A DNA stretch of 64,000 bases, taken from contig CAYRJA010000005.1 of the NCBI GenBank assembly GCA_964424455.1, positions 3,344-67,343 on the forward strand. The letters run 5' to 3'. Source of the DNA: an uncultured Bifidobacteriaceae bacterium (GTDB lineage Bacteria > Bacteroidota > Bacteroidia > Chitinophagales > UBA10324). Below the pieces are notes generated by a model, which saw nothing but the letters and a program-made list of their open reading frames with translations, was not told the DNA's origin and ran no database searches. Position 1 is the first letter of the stretch. The number at the start of each line of letters is the position of its first letter. The position numbers and the translations under genes are program-made. Shown one piece after another: positions 47,632 through 57,500 of the stretch.

Positions 47632-47639
47632 CAAACTTA
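47632..47639 (-). promoter_or_regulatory. Bacteroidota -7 promoter box for the bcr operon
   Basis: The minus strand reads TAAGTTTG, an exact TAnnTTTG match, ending 21 nt upstream of the bcrC ATG. Confidence 0.4.
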
Positions 47640-47661
47640 ATTTTATCCCCACTTTATTAAT

Positions 47662-47699
47662 ATGACTTTAGTCATGTTTATACTTATGATTAAAATCAT
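47662..47699. promoter_or_regulatory. two FNR/CRP-like palindromes in the divergent promoter region
   Basis: ATGAC-TTTA-GTCAT lies at 47662-47675 and ATGAT-TAAA-ATCAT at 47686-47699, with centres 24 bp apart. The second contains the TGAT-N4-ATCA core of the FNR box TTGAT-N4-ATCAA. Confidence 0.35.
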
Positions 47700-47777
47700 T
47701 TCCTGTAATTCTGTTTTTTTTGTTCTTTCACAATCAAACTATTTGAAAAGTTGGGTATCCGGAACGGAAAACAAGAA

Positions 47778-48413
47778 ATGAAAACATCAGCGATAATTCT
47801 TGCAGGTGGAAAATCCGAGAGGATGAATTTTCCCAAACCGTTTCTCTTGTTCAACGAGAAGAAAAATTTTCTGCAACAGATAATTGATGAATACATCCGC
47901 TTCGGCAGCAATGAAATTTTACTTGTGTTCAATCATGAATTGCTTGACAATAAATGGCGGAAATATTCAGAGCATCTGCCTCTGTGTGTTACAGTAGTTC
48001 CCAATCATTTTCCGGACTCGGGACGCTTTTTTTCTCTGAAACTTGGATTGTCTAAATTAAATAATACTTCATTCTGTTTCGTGCAGGATGTAGATAATCC
48101 GTTTGTAACAGAAGCACTATTGAAATTGCTTTTTAAAAACAAAAACGAAAACGGTTACTCCGCACCTTACCATACTTCTCTTTCTGCTGATGGCAAAACA
48201 GAGGTCAAATCAGGCGGTCATCCGGTTCTTCTTTCAAAAAAAATTATTGACTTCATTAAAAATACAAAGCAGGATAATTTGAACCTGAAAGAGGTGATAC
48301 AGAAATTTGATAAAACACCTGTAGAAGTTTCAGATAAAAACATTCTGGTCAATATCAATACCCCCTTTGAGTATGAAAAATTTTTTGGCAGAAAATACCA
48401 AGCAATTATTTAA
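47778..48413 (+). CDS. mocA: MobA/MocA-like molybdenum cofactor nucleotidyltransferase
   Basis: I place the start at ATG 47778 (MKTSAIILAGGKSERM) rather than the TTG at 47751. It has the NTP_transf_3-type glycine-rich loop. Confidence 0.75.
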   Translation: MKTSAIILAGGKSERMNFPKPFLLFNEKKNFLQQIIDEYIRFGSNEILLVFNHELLDNKWRKYSEHLPLCVTVVPNHFPDSGRFFSLKLGLSKLNNTSFCFVQDVDNPFVTEALLKLLFKNKNENGYSAPYHTSLSADGKTEVKSGGHPVLLSKKIIDFIKNTKQDNLNLKEVIQKFDKTPVEVSDKNILVNINTPFEYEKFFGRKYQAII

Positions 48414-48457
48414 ACACATGAATACTTAATCCACTCGTTTCTCTGTAAATTGATAAA

Positions 48458-49261
48458 TTGAAAACGCTATACGAAAAAATATTACAGATTATAAACAGCG
48501 ATGATAAAGCGGCGCTTTGCACCATTATCTCAACAAATGGCTCAACTCCTTTGAAGGCAGGCGCTAAGATGATTGTGTGGAACGACGGAAAAATTTTTGG
48601 AACAATAGGAGGAGGCAGCTTGGAAAAAAAAGTAACAGAGGATGCAATAGAAATATGCCAAAGCCGGCAGGCGCAGGTTTTTACTCATGAGCTATTGCGC
48701 CAGCACAGCATGTGTTGTGGCGGAACGGTGGAAGTTTTTATAGAACCGGTACTGAACCAACCTCAACTCTATATTTTCGGAGCAGGACATGTCGGAAAAG
48801 CATTATCGGGTTATGCAAAAGATATGGGTTTCAGAGTAACACTTATTGATGAGAGAAAAGAAATTTTTTATAATGTGCCTTTGGAAAATATTACAGTTGC
48901 CAATACTTCTCACCAGGATTTTCTCGATTCAATAAAATTTGATAAAAACGTATTTGTCGTGATTTGCACACATATCCATGCTTACGACCGTGAAATATTA
49001 TCCCGCTGCATCAAACAACCTTTGACTTATCTCGGAATGATAGGCAGCATGCGTAAAGTGAAGGTCACCCGAAAGATGTTTCTGTCAAGCGGTACTGTAA
49101 CAGAGGAAGAATTAAACAAAGTGGACATGCCCATAGGGTTCGATATAGGAGGAAACACTCCCGGCGAAATCGCCATCAGTATATTGGCAAAAATGATTGC
49201 AGTAAAAAATAATCGTCCGGTAAATGTGACGAACACATTTTTAGAAACTTTAAATCCCTGA
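48458..49261 (+). CDS. xdhC: XdhC/CoxI-family molybdoenzyme maturation protein
   Basis: 267 aa with AALCTIISTNGSTPLKAGAKMIV and the Rossmann-like IFGAGHVGKAL. Confidence 0.85.
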   Translation: MKTLYEKILQIINSDDKAALCTIISTNGSTPLKAGAKMIVWNDGKIFGTIGGGSLEKKVTEDAIEICQSRQAQVFTHELLRQHSMCCGGTVEVFIEPVLNQPQLYIFGAGHVGKALSGYAKDMGFRVTLIDERKEIFYNVPLENITVANTSHQDFLDSIKFDKNVFVVICTHIHAYDREILSRCIKQPLTYLGMIGSMRKVKVTRKMFLSSGTVTEEELNKVDMPIGFDIGGNTPGEIAISILAKMIAVKNNRPVNVTNTFLETLNP

Positions 49262-49266
49262 TAATA

Positions 49267-49782
49267 ATGTATTCAAAAGCAACACAGATTTTATTTGATG
49301 AACACGAAGTGATTCTCAAAGCAATTGAACAGGCGAGCGCCATTCTACAGCAGAATGATTTATCTGCACACAAAGACGAACTGCTCTGGTATGTCCGGTT
49401 CTTTAGAGAATATGGCGATGAGTATCATCACCAGAAAGAAGAGGAAATCCTGTTCCGGTTCATTGAAGAAAATAATGAGATGCTCGGTGGAGGGCTTATC
49501 AGTTCGCTTACCGATCATCACAATGAATTTCGCGAAGCTCTTCGCAATGCACAGGACGCTCTTCTGAATGCTCAGTGGGATAGTGCGAAAAAGATTCTCA
49601 ATGCTTATTTCTCTGATATGAGAGACCACATTGGAGCGGAGAATGATGAACTGTTCATCAGTTCTGATACTATGCTGAGTGATCAGGAGAAAGAAACTAT
49701 TTATTTCAGATTCATGGATAAAGACAGGGAACTTGGTGATGAGAGAAAAAGTGATTTAGAAAATAAGATAAATAAAAGTTAA
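49267..49782 (+). CDS. hemerythrin-like domain protein
   Basis: 171 aa with His/Glu/Asp-rich helices HHQKEEEILF, DHHNEF and RDHIGAENDELF. Confidence 0.7.
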   Translation: MYSKATQILFDEHEVILKAIEQASAILQQNDLSAHKDELLWYVRFFREYGDEYHHQKEEEILFRFIEENNEMLGGGLISSLTDHHNEFREALRNAQDALLNAQWDSAKKILNAYFSDMRDHIGAENDELFISSDTMLSDQEKETIYFRFMDKDRELGDERKSDLENKINKS

Positions 49783-49784
49783 CA

Positions 49785-50519
49785 ATGAAGCGTATTGCTG
49801 TTGTAACAGGCGCTGCAAAAGGAATCGGCAAAGCCATTGCCGAAAGGTTGGTGGCTGATCAATTCTTTGTGGTGCTAGCGGATATTGATGAAGCAAACGG
49901 AAAATCGCTTGCGGAAAAACTGGGAAAAGAAAATGCAGCATTTTATCCCTGTGATATAGTCAGTGACAACTCCGTAAGCGAACTCTTTCAGAAAATTTTG
50001 AACCGGTTCAAACGATTAGATACGGTAGTAAATAATGCAGGAATCATCCGCGATAACATGATATGGAAAATGAATTCTGAAGATTTTGATATGGTACTGA
50101 ATGTTAATCTTAAAGGTGTATGGCTGATGTGCCGTGAAGCAGCAAAAATTTTCAGGGAGCAAAAGAACGGCTGCATTGTAAATATTTCTTCGCGTGCATG
50201 GCTCGGCAACAAAGGACAGAGCAATTATTCCGCATCCAAAGCTGGAGTGGTTGCGCTTACCCGTGTTCTTGCTCTGGAGTTGGGTAAATACAATGTTTCG
50301 GTAAATGCGGTTGCCCCCGGACTGATTGATACACCATTGACAAAGAAATTGGAAGAAGATGTTTTGCAAAAATTAATTGAGGCACAGCCCACAAAGACGA
50401 TGGGTAAACCTGAAGATGTAGCGAATGCTGTTTCTTTTCTTGTGTCTGACAAAACACATTTCATCACCGGTCAAACGATTTATGTAGATGGCGGGAAAAG
50501 CATCGGTGCAGGAATTTAG
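49785..50519 (+). CDS. short-chain dehydrogenase/reductase (FabG-like)
   Basis: 244 aa with VTGAAKGIGKAIA, NNAG and YSASKAG. Confidence 0.85.
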   Translation: MKRIAVVTGAAKGIGKAIAERLVADQFFVVLADIDEANGKSLAEKLGKENAAFYPCDIVSDNSVSELFQKILNRFKRLDTVVNNAGIIRDNMIWKMNSEDFDMVLNVNLKGVWLMCREAAKIFREQKNGCIVNISSRAWLGNKGQSNYSASKAGVVALTRVLALELGKYNVSVNAVAPGLIDTPLTKKLEEDVLQKLIEAQPTKTMGKPEDVANAVSFLVSDKTHFITGQTIYVDGGKSIGAGI

Positions 50520-50561
50520 CAAGAGAACAAGAGAGGAGATGAAACATAATATTCAGAAAAT

Positions 50562-53390
50562 ATGAAGCAACTGAAATTAACAATCAACGGGAAGCAAATA
50601 GAATTATTAGTTGGCGAGCACGAAATGCTCTCATCTGTGATTCGTGAAAAAGCAGGATTCACCGGAACAAAAATCGGTTGTGAGCAGGGTAGTTGCGGAG
50701 CGTGTACAGTGCTGATCAATAATGAACCCGTGTTGAGTTGTATCACTCCTGCAATGCGTTGCAATGAATCGGATATTTTAACGATAGAAGGAGTGGCAAC
50801 CAGTGCAAACCTGCATAAACTGCAGGAAAAATTTGTAGAAAAGGGAGCCACACAGTGCGGCTTCTGTACGCCCGGAATGGTGTTGACCTCACTGGATTTC
50901 ATCAACAATAATCCTAAGGCGACGGTCAATGAAATCAAAGAAGCATTATCCGGTAATCTCTGCCGATGTACAGGGTACAAAAAAATAATAGAAGCGGTTG
51001 CTGAATATTCTGATGAGCAATTTAACAGTCAATCAGATATATCTTCAACAAAACGACAAACGAATAATGAAGCGTTCAATACAATTGGCGCTCCGAGACC
51101 TTATATAGAAGCAGGAAAAAAGGTGCAGGGCATTGCCGAATATGCAGATGATGTGCGGGTAAAAAATTCTCTGCATTGTAAATTTTTAAAAAGTGTTCAT
51201 GCTCATGCAATAATCGAGAACATAGATATTTCAGCAGCAGAAAAATTAAGCGGTGTACGAGGTATCTGCATAGGATCTGAACTGCCGGCAAAATTTGGTG
51301 TGCTGCCTATTTCTCAGGATGAAGCAGCTATGGCAATTGAGAAAACCAGATACATCGGAGAGATTGTTGCTGCAGTTGCTGCCGACACAGAGGGAATTGC
51401 AGAGCAGGCATGCAAACTGATTAAAGTAAAATATAAACCACTCAAAGAATATTTCACTATAGAAAGTTCTTTGAACGACATCGGAAAGAATGAAAAAATT
51501 CATTCTCACACCAGACAGAACAACAACATACACAAAAAAGCAGAGTTGCGTTTTGGTAATCAGCAACAAGGACTGGCTGAAGCAGATGTTCGCAGCAAAA
51601 TGAGTTTTGAGTTTGAAGGAGTGAGTCATGGATTTACCGAACCACATGCTGCTACTGCTTATTGGGATGAGAATGGATTAACCATAATTTCTGCTACACA
51701 AGTTCCGCATTACCTGCACAGAGCATTGGCAAAAGTTCTTGAACTTCCTTTGGCAAGAGTTCGGGTTATCAAGCCGGTAGTAGGTGGTGGATTTGGCGGC
51801 AAAAGTGATCCCTTCCCCCATGAAATCATCATCGCATATTTAGCACGAAAAACGGGTAAGCCGGTACGTGTTCGTTTGAACAGGGAAGAGGTATTCATCA
51901 CCAATCACGGACGACACCCTTCAAAAATGACAATTGAAATGGGCGTTTCAAAAGAAGGTGAATTTAAAGTACTGGATGCGGATATTACCATTGACGGCGG
52001 CGCTTATGGAAGTTTTGGTGTGGTTACTTCTTACTATAACGGAGTGCTGTTACAGGCACCTTACAAGATTGACAATCTCGGCTTTCGTACATTCAGGGTA
52101 TATACCAACAAACCGCAATGCGGCGCTATGCGCGGACACGGGGCAGTAAATTCCCGCTTTGCAGTGGAATGTATTATTGACGAACTGGCTGAGAAAATAA
52201 ATGCCGATCCCTGTGAACTGAGAATGAAAAATTTTCTTTCCTCCAACACCCTCACTGTCGGACAATACCGGATTACCTCCAACGGCAGCCGTGAAAGTTT
52301 ACAAACAGTGATGAACCAATCGGAATGGAAAAACAAATTCCGCAAGCTTCCTTTCGGTCATGGTATCGGTGTGGGTTGTGGTTTTTTCATCAGCGGCAGC
52401 GCTCTGCCTATCATTTGGAATGAGTTGCCCCAATCTACCGTACATCTTAAAGTTGACTTCGATGGCAGAGTACTGATTACTTCGGGAGCAAGCGATATCG
52501 GTCAGGGAAGCGATACCATGCTGGCAATTATTGTGGCGGAAGTACTGGGAATTTCTATGGATAAAATTTTTGTTCTTGCTGCAGATACCTTGCTGACACC
52601 CGTTGATCTGGGCAGCTATTCCAGCCGTGTAACTTTTATGGCGGGCAATGCAGCAAAGAATGCCGCAGAGAATTTGAAAAAAGAAATGTTACAGTCCATT
52701 TCTCAGAAAAAGAATATCGAAGAATCTGAATTGAATTTTTCTAACGACATGATTTTTTCAAATGACCGTAAAGTAGATTTGAGTTGGGAAGAAGCGATAG
52801 AAATTCTTACAGCAAAACGAGGTGCAGTGAGCGTGAGTGGGAAATACATCTCACCCAAATTAGGGGGTAATTTCAAAGGAGCCGGAGCCGGATTAAGCCC
52901 ATCTTATTCATTTGGCGCCTGTATTGCCGAAGTCAAAGTAGATACGGAAACAGGACTTGTGAAATTGCTGAATGTTTGGGGTGCACATGATTGCGGAAAA
53001 GCCATTAACCCATTGGCAGTAGAGGGGCAACTTGAGGGCTCATGGCACATGGGTATCGGGCAGGCAATAAGTGAGCAGATGAAATATTATGGCGGGTTAC
53101 TATTGAATAATAATTTTCTCGATTATAAAATTCCAACCACATTGGAAACACCGGATTTTTGTACGAACATCATTGAAAGCAATGATCCGGAAGGTCCCTT
53201 CGGAGCAAAAGAATGTGGCGAAGGCGCTTTGCATCCGGTGATGCCGGCAATAGCTAATGCCATTTATGATGCGGTAGGGGTTAGGGTAAGCAAGTTACCG
53301 GTCAGTGCGGAAGAAATTTTAGTGAAACTCACGGAAGCAGATATCGAATCATCAGGAGCAATCATGAATAAAACAAAACAACCAGGATGA
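50562..53390 (+). CDS. fused [2Fe-2S] + molybdopterin-binding subunit of a xanthine-oxidase-family enzyme (4-hydroxybenzoyl-CoA reductase gamma-alpha-like)
   Basis: 942 aa. The N-terminus has CEQGSCGACTV, CGFCTPGM and CRCTGY (two 2Fe-2S sites), followed by a roughly 770-aa Mo domain with VVGGGFGGKSDP. Confidence 0.8.
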   Translation: MKQLKLTINGKQIELLVGEHEMLSSVIREKAGFTGTKIGCEQGSCGACTVLINNEPVLSCITPAMRCNESDILTIEGVATSANLHKLQEKFVEKGATQCGFCTPGMVLTSLDFINNNPKATVNEIKEALSGNLCRCTGYKKIIEAVAEYSDEQFNSQSDISSTKRQTNNEAFNTIGAPRPYIEAGKKVQGIAEYADDVRVKNSLHCKFLKSVHAHAIIENIDISAAEKLSGVRGICIGSELPAKFGVLPISQDEAAMAIEKTRYIGEIVAAVAADTEGIAEQACKLIKVKYKPLKEYFTIESSLNDIGKNEKIHSHTRQNNNIHKKAELRFGNQQQGLAEADVRSKMSFEFEGVSHGFTEPHAATAYWDENGLTIISATQVPHYLHRALAKVLELPLARVRVIKPVVGGGFGGKSDPFPHEIIIAYLARKTGKPVRVRLNREEVFITNHGRHPSKMTIEMGVSKEGEFKVLDADITIDGGAYGSFGVVTSYYNGVLLQAPYKIDNLGFRTFRVYTNKPQCGAMRGHGAVNSRFAVECIIDELAEKINADPCELRMKNFLSSNTLTVGQYRITSNGSRESLQTVMNQSEWKNKFRKLPFGHGIGVGCGFFISGSALPIIWNELPQSTVHLKVDFDGRVLITSGASDIGQGSDTMLAIIVAEVLGISMDKIFVLAADTLLTPVDLGSYSSRVTFMAGNAAKNAAENLKKEMLQSISQKKNIEESELNFSNDMIFSNDRKVDLSWEEAIEILTAKRGAVSVSGKYISPKLGGNFKGAGAGLSPSYSFGACIAEVKVDTETGLVKLLNVWGAHDCGKAINPLAVEGQLEGSWHMGIGQAISEQMKYYGGLLLNNNFLDYKIPTTLETPDFCTNIIESNDPEGPFGAKECGEGALHPVMPAIANAIYDAVGVRVSKLPVSAEEILVKLTEADIESSGAIMNKTKQPG

Positions 53391-54325
53391 TAACAGAAAG
53401 GATTTACCATAAGGCAAAGACAGTTCAGGAAGCATTGAATCTGGCTTCTCAGTTCAGAGATGATTTCTGCTTTGTTGCAGGAGGAACGGATATAATGGTG
53501 AATAAATTTCAGGGAAATGAAAGTGCTGCCTGCCTGATTGATTTAACCGGCATTGAAGAGTTGAAATCAGTAAAACAGGAAGACGATTATCTGAAAATAG
53601 GTTCATTAGTTCGATTGGCTGATTTGAAAAAGCATGCTGAGATTAATAAAGAATTTCCGATACTGATTGAGGCAGCGCACTCAGTTGCTTCGCCGGTAAT
53701 CAGGCGGACAGCAACGCTTGGTGGAAATATTTTATGCGAAAACCGATGCGTATTTTACAACCAGTCAGAGTGGTGGCGCGAAGCGGTCGGTTACTGTCTG
53801 AAATGCGATGGCGACATTTGCATTGCAACCGGTGGAGCTAAAAATTGTTTCTCAAAGTTCGCTTCAGACACTGCCATTGCATTGATCAGCATGGATGCAA
53901 GCATTGAAATTGCTTCTGCAGATTCAATAAGTATTATCAAACTCACAGACATCTACACCGGAGATGGGATTAATCCACGCAGATTAGACAAGAATATAAT
54001 CATCAAACACATATTGCTTCCACTCCACCGGCAGTTCAGGTGTTCTTACAAAAAATTAAGACAGCGTGAAAGTATGGATTTCAGTTCGCTGACAAGTTGT
54101 GTTTCCATAGATAAAAACGGGAATATCAAAATCGCTCTCGGTGCTGTTGATCCGAAGCCCATTTTAGTAGAGGGCAGCATTAATGACGATAAGAATCTTC
54201 TGATTCAGCAAGCATTCAAAAAAGCACGGGTAATTGACAATGATGTTTTTTCAAGAAAATACAGAAGGGAAATGATTAAGGTATTGCTGGGAAGGAGTTT
54301 TGAAGAAATTGAAAAAGATTCTTGA
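53387..54325 (+). CDS. hcrB: FAD-binding subunit with Cys-rich insertion (4-hydroxybenzoyl-CoA reductase beta-like)
   Basis: 312 aa with FVAGGTDIMV and TLGGNI. The insertion CENRCVFYNQSEWWREAVGYCLKCDGDICIATGGAKNC carries Cys117, 121, 137, 140, 145 and 154. Confidence 0.75.
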   Translation: MITERIYHKAKTVQEALNLASQFRDDFCFVAGGTDIMVNKFQGNESAACLIDLTGIEELKSVKQEDDYLKIGSLVRLADLKKHAEINKEFPILIEAAHSVASPVIRRTATLGGNILCENRCVFYNQSEWWREAVGYCLKCDGDICIATGGAKNCFSKFASDTAIALISMDASIEIASADSISIIKLTDIYTGDGINPRRLDKNIIIKHILLPLHRQFRCSYKKLRQRESMDFSSLTSCVSIDKNGNIKIALGAVDPKPILVEGSINDDKNLLIQQAFKKARVIDNDVFSRKYRREMIKVLLGRSFEEIEKDS

Positions 54326-54533
54326 AAATAGTTGTTTGAATGTTAATAAAATAGTTAATATATAATAATAAAAAGTCTATTAAATCTTTTGACCGGAATT
54401 CATGAATTATTATCGTGAAAATGTAACAAATCAAATATTTTTTAGTTAAGAAAGCTAAGTTTTTAGTTAATTTTGAGTAGCTGAAATTAATTAATAAATT
54501 TTCAGTAAGAAAAAACTAAAAGCACCACCACGC

Positions 54534-57500
54534 TTGATAAATTTTTTTACAAGGTTTTATTTGTTTCTATATGTATGTGTCATCGTATTGATGATGACAG
54601 CAAGCCTGCCGGTATTTGCGCAGAGCTATAACATGAAGAATGGACAAATTAATACTTGTGGGGGAACATTCTACGACTCAGGAGGACCATCAAATAAATA
54701 TGGGACAAATGAAAACTTTACATTAACATTCTGTTCCAACTCACCCGGCCAAACTATAAAGGTCGTTTTTACAAACTTTAATACAAGATCTAATGCCGGC
54801 GTACTCACCATCTATGATGGAGTGAATGCGAGCGGAACTTTAATTGGAAGTTACAGCGGTAATCTGGGAAGTGGTGGTCCCACGGTTACCGCTACTTCCG
54901 GTTGTTTAACTTTTAATTTTAAGAGCAATAACAGTTCAACGGCTACAGGTTGGGTTGCAACTATTAGTTGTGTTACAGTTCCATCTAATGATAATTGCAG
55001 CGGAGCTACACCTTTGCCTGTAAATTCAATTTGCAATTATACCACCTCATCCAATCTTAATGCAACCAATTCAAGTAGCGTACCTGCTCCGGGTTGCGGC
55101 GGATATTCAGGAGGAGATGTGTGGTTTTCATTTGTTGTTCCGTCAACCGGCATAGCACATATAAAAACAAAAGCGATGACTGTTACAGATGGTGCTATGG
55201 CATTGTATAGCGGTACTTGCGGTTCACTTTCACTTATTACTTGTAATAATAATGGAGTTGGAAATGGTCTTATGCCTGATATTGTGCAAAGCGGGCTTAC
55301 TCCGGGACAAACTTTGTATATTCGTTCTTGGGATAATGGCAACAAGGTATTTGGTGATTTTGGAATATGTATTACTTCTGTAAATTGTGGTTGTCCTAAC
55401 GGAGGAATCCCTCCGGTAAACGACAATTGTTCAGGCGCACAAAATGTGGGTACACTACCAACACCGGCCGCCTGTCCTGCAAGCGGTATAGGTAATGCTG
55501 TTACAATTGACGGATCAAATATTTGTGCAACGGCATCTAACCCTTATAGCGCTCAGAATAGTTGTAATCCAAGTGGGAATCAGGCAACACCTGCAGCCGA
55601 TGTTTGGTATAAATTCGTAATGACAGGTTCAAAGTTGAATGTATCACTTTCAGGAGGATTGACTCAGCCCAATATTGCAATTTACTCCGGAAGCAGTTGT
55701 ACAAATCTAATAGGGCGGGGATGTGCAATTGGAAATAATTCAGGATTGACCACTTCCTTTAAAGCGCTGGAACCGGGAACTTACTGGATGCAAGTTAGTG
55801 GAGGTAATCTGAATGATCAATGTGATTTTACGCTGAGAATTTCAAATGACAATGACTGTTCAGCATGTGTAAAAGGTACAAGTTTTACAGCTAATCCGGC
55901 ACCGGTGAATGGTGTTTATCAGCCGGGTACAACAGTTAACTTTTGCCTGACGGTTAATGATTATAATCAAACATCTATTAACTGGCTTCATGGTATAGTG
56001 CCAAAATTCGCTGAGGGATGGGATCTTTCTACTTTTCAGGCGATTTCAATGCCTCCCTCTTGTGACGGACATGGTTATTGGTCCTATTACAATTCTACAA
56101 TAACAGGATATGAAAGAGGCCTTGTTGTAGGTCCGGGGTTTTTCTATGAATCGAATTTAGGTGAACCTAATGGGGTGAATGGAAACGGAAATAACAATTG
56201 TTGTTGGGATAGTAATCCCGGTAACAACTATGGTGACAATAATTCCAGCAATCTGTGTGATTGGACTTTCTGCTGGTCAATTACCACTAAGCCGCTAAAC
56301 CAATGTGTGCAAGGCGCAAGTTTGAATGTGGATGTTTACAAATATGGTGACGGACAATCCGGCTCATGGACATCGTTCGCCTGCGATGGTGATCCGCCAA
56401 ACACTTTATATGCTGTAATGCAATGTTGTCCTAATCCTGTTGTTACTCCAGTGAATGCTAATTGCGGAAGTGCAGATGGAACAGCCACTGCTTTGGGAGG
56501 TAATTTCGGACCATGGTCTTATCAATGGTATAACGGAAGCAATAACCTGATAAGAACTTCAGCAACGGTGAATGGCGCTGATCAGATTACAGGATTAGCT
56601 TATGGAAATTATTACGTTGTTGCTACCAATTCGTTGGGCTGTGCAGCAACTACAAGTTTTAGTATCTCTCAATCAGGCAGTTTGCCTATACCTTATGTTA
56701 AATCAGATGTAAGTTGTAATGGAAATACAGATGGAATTATTACAATAAATGTTACGGGCGGTGTTGCTCCTTACAATTATCAATGGGCAAATGGTGCGGC
56801 AACATCCGTATTAAGTTCGCTTGTTCAGGGTACTTATGCTGTTACAGTTTCTGACGCAGGAACCTGTACAGGAAGTGTCAGTGTGGTTATTAATGAACCG
56901 GCAGTTCTTTCTGTTCTCAGTACCCAGACAAATGTTTTGTGTTTTGGTAATTCAACAGGCAGCATTAATCTCAATGCCAGCGGCGGGAATGTGCCCTATA
57001 CTTATAAATGGTCTAACGGATTATCAACGCAAAATTTATCGGGGCTTTCTTCAGGAACATATACTGTTACTGTTACAGATTCAAAAGGATGTTCTGCAAC
57101 AGGCAGTTCCATTATTACTCAGCCGGCTTCTCCGCTGAGTTTGGCCGCAGTTCCGGTTAATGTGCTTTGCAATGGAGAGAATACCGGAGAAATAAATATT
57201 ATCCCATCCGGCGGAGTTCCTAATTACACCTATTCATGGTCAAACGGAACCTCGGCAAAAGATCTGATGAATATTATAGCAGGAACTTATACTGTTACAG
57301 TACAAGATGCAAATAATTGCTCTGATATTTCTACGAATACTGTTACACAGCCGTCTGCCCTTTCTCTTTCCTATTCACAAGTGAATGTAAAATGTTATGG
57401 AGACGCTTCCGGAAACATATATTTAACTCCTTCCGGAGGCACACCTAACTACACATACACATGGTCAAATGGAGCTGTTACTCAGGACTTAACCAATGTT

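Noticed and set aside
47696-47932. A 78-aa minus-strand ORF, and the TTG-initiated 5' extension of the mocA-like gene (47751).
   Set aside because: The minus-strand ORF is antisense to a motif-supported gene and spans the promoter region. The ATG at 47778 places the glycine-rich loop at the usual distance from the N-terminus.
54397-54408. A perfect 12-bp palindrome AATTCATGAATT in the AT-rich region upstream of the giant gene.
   Set aside because: It is short, in very AT-rich DNA, and has no second copy or positional logic that I could see. It is likely chance.
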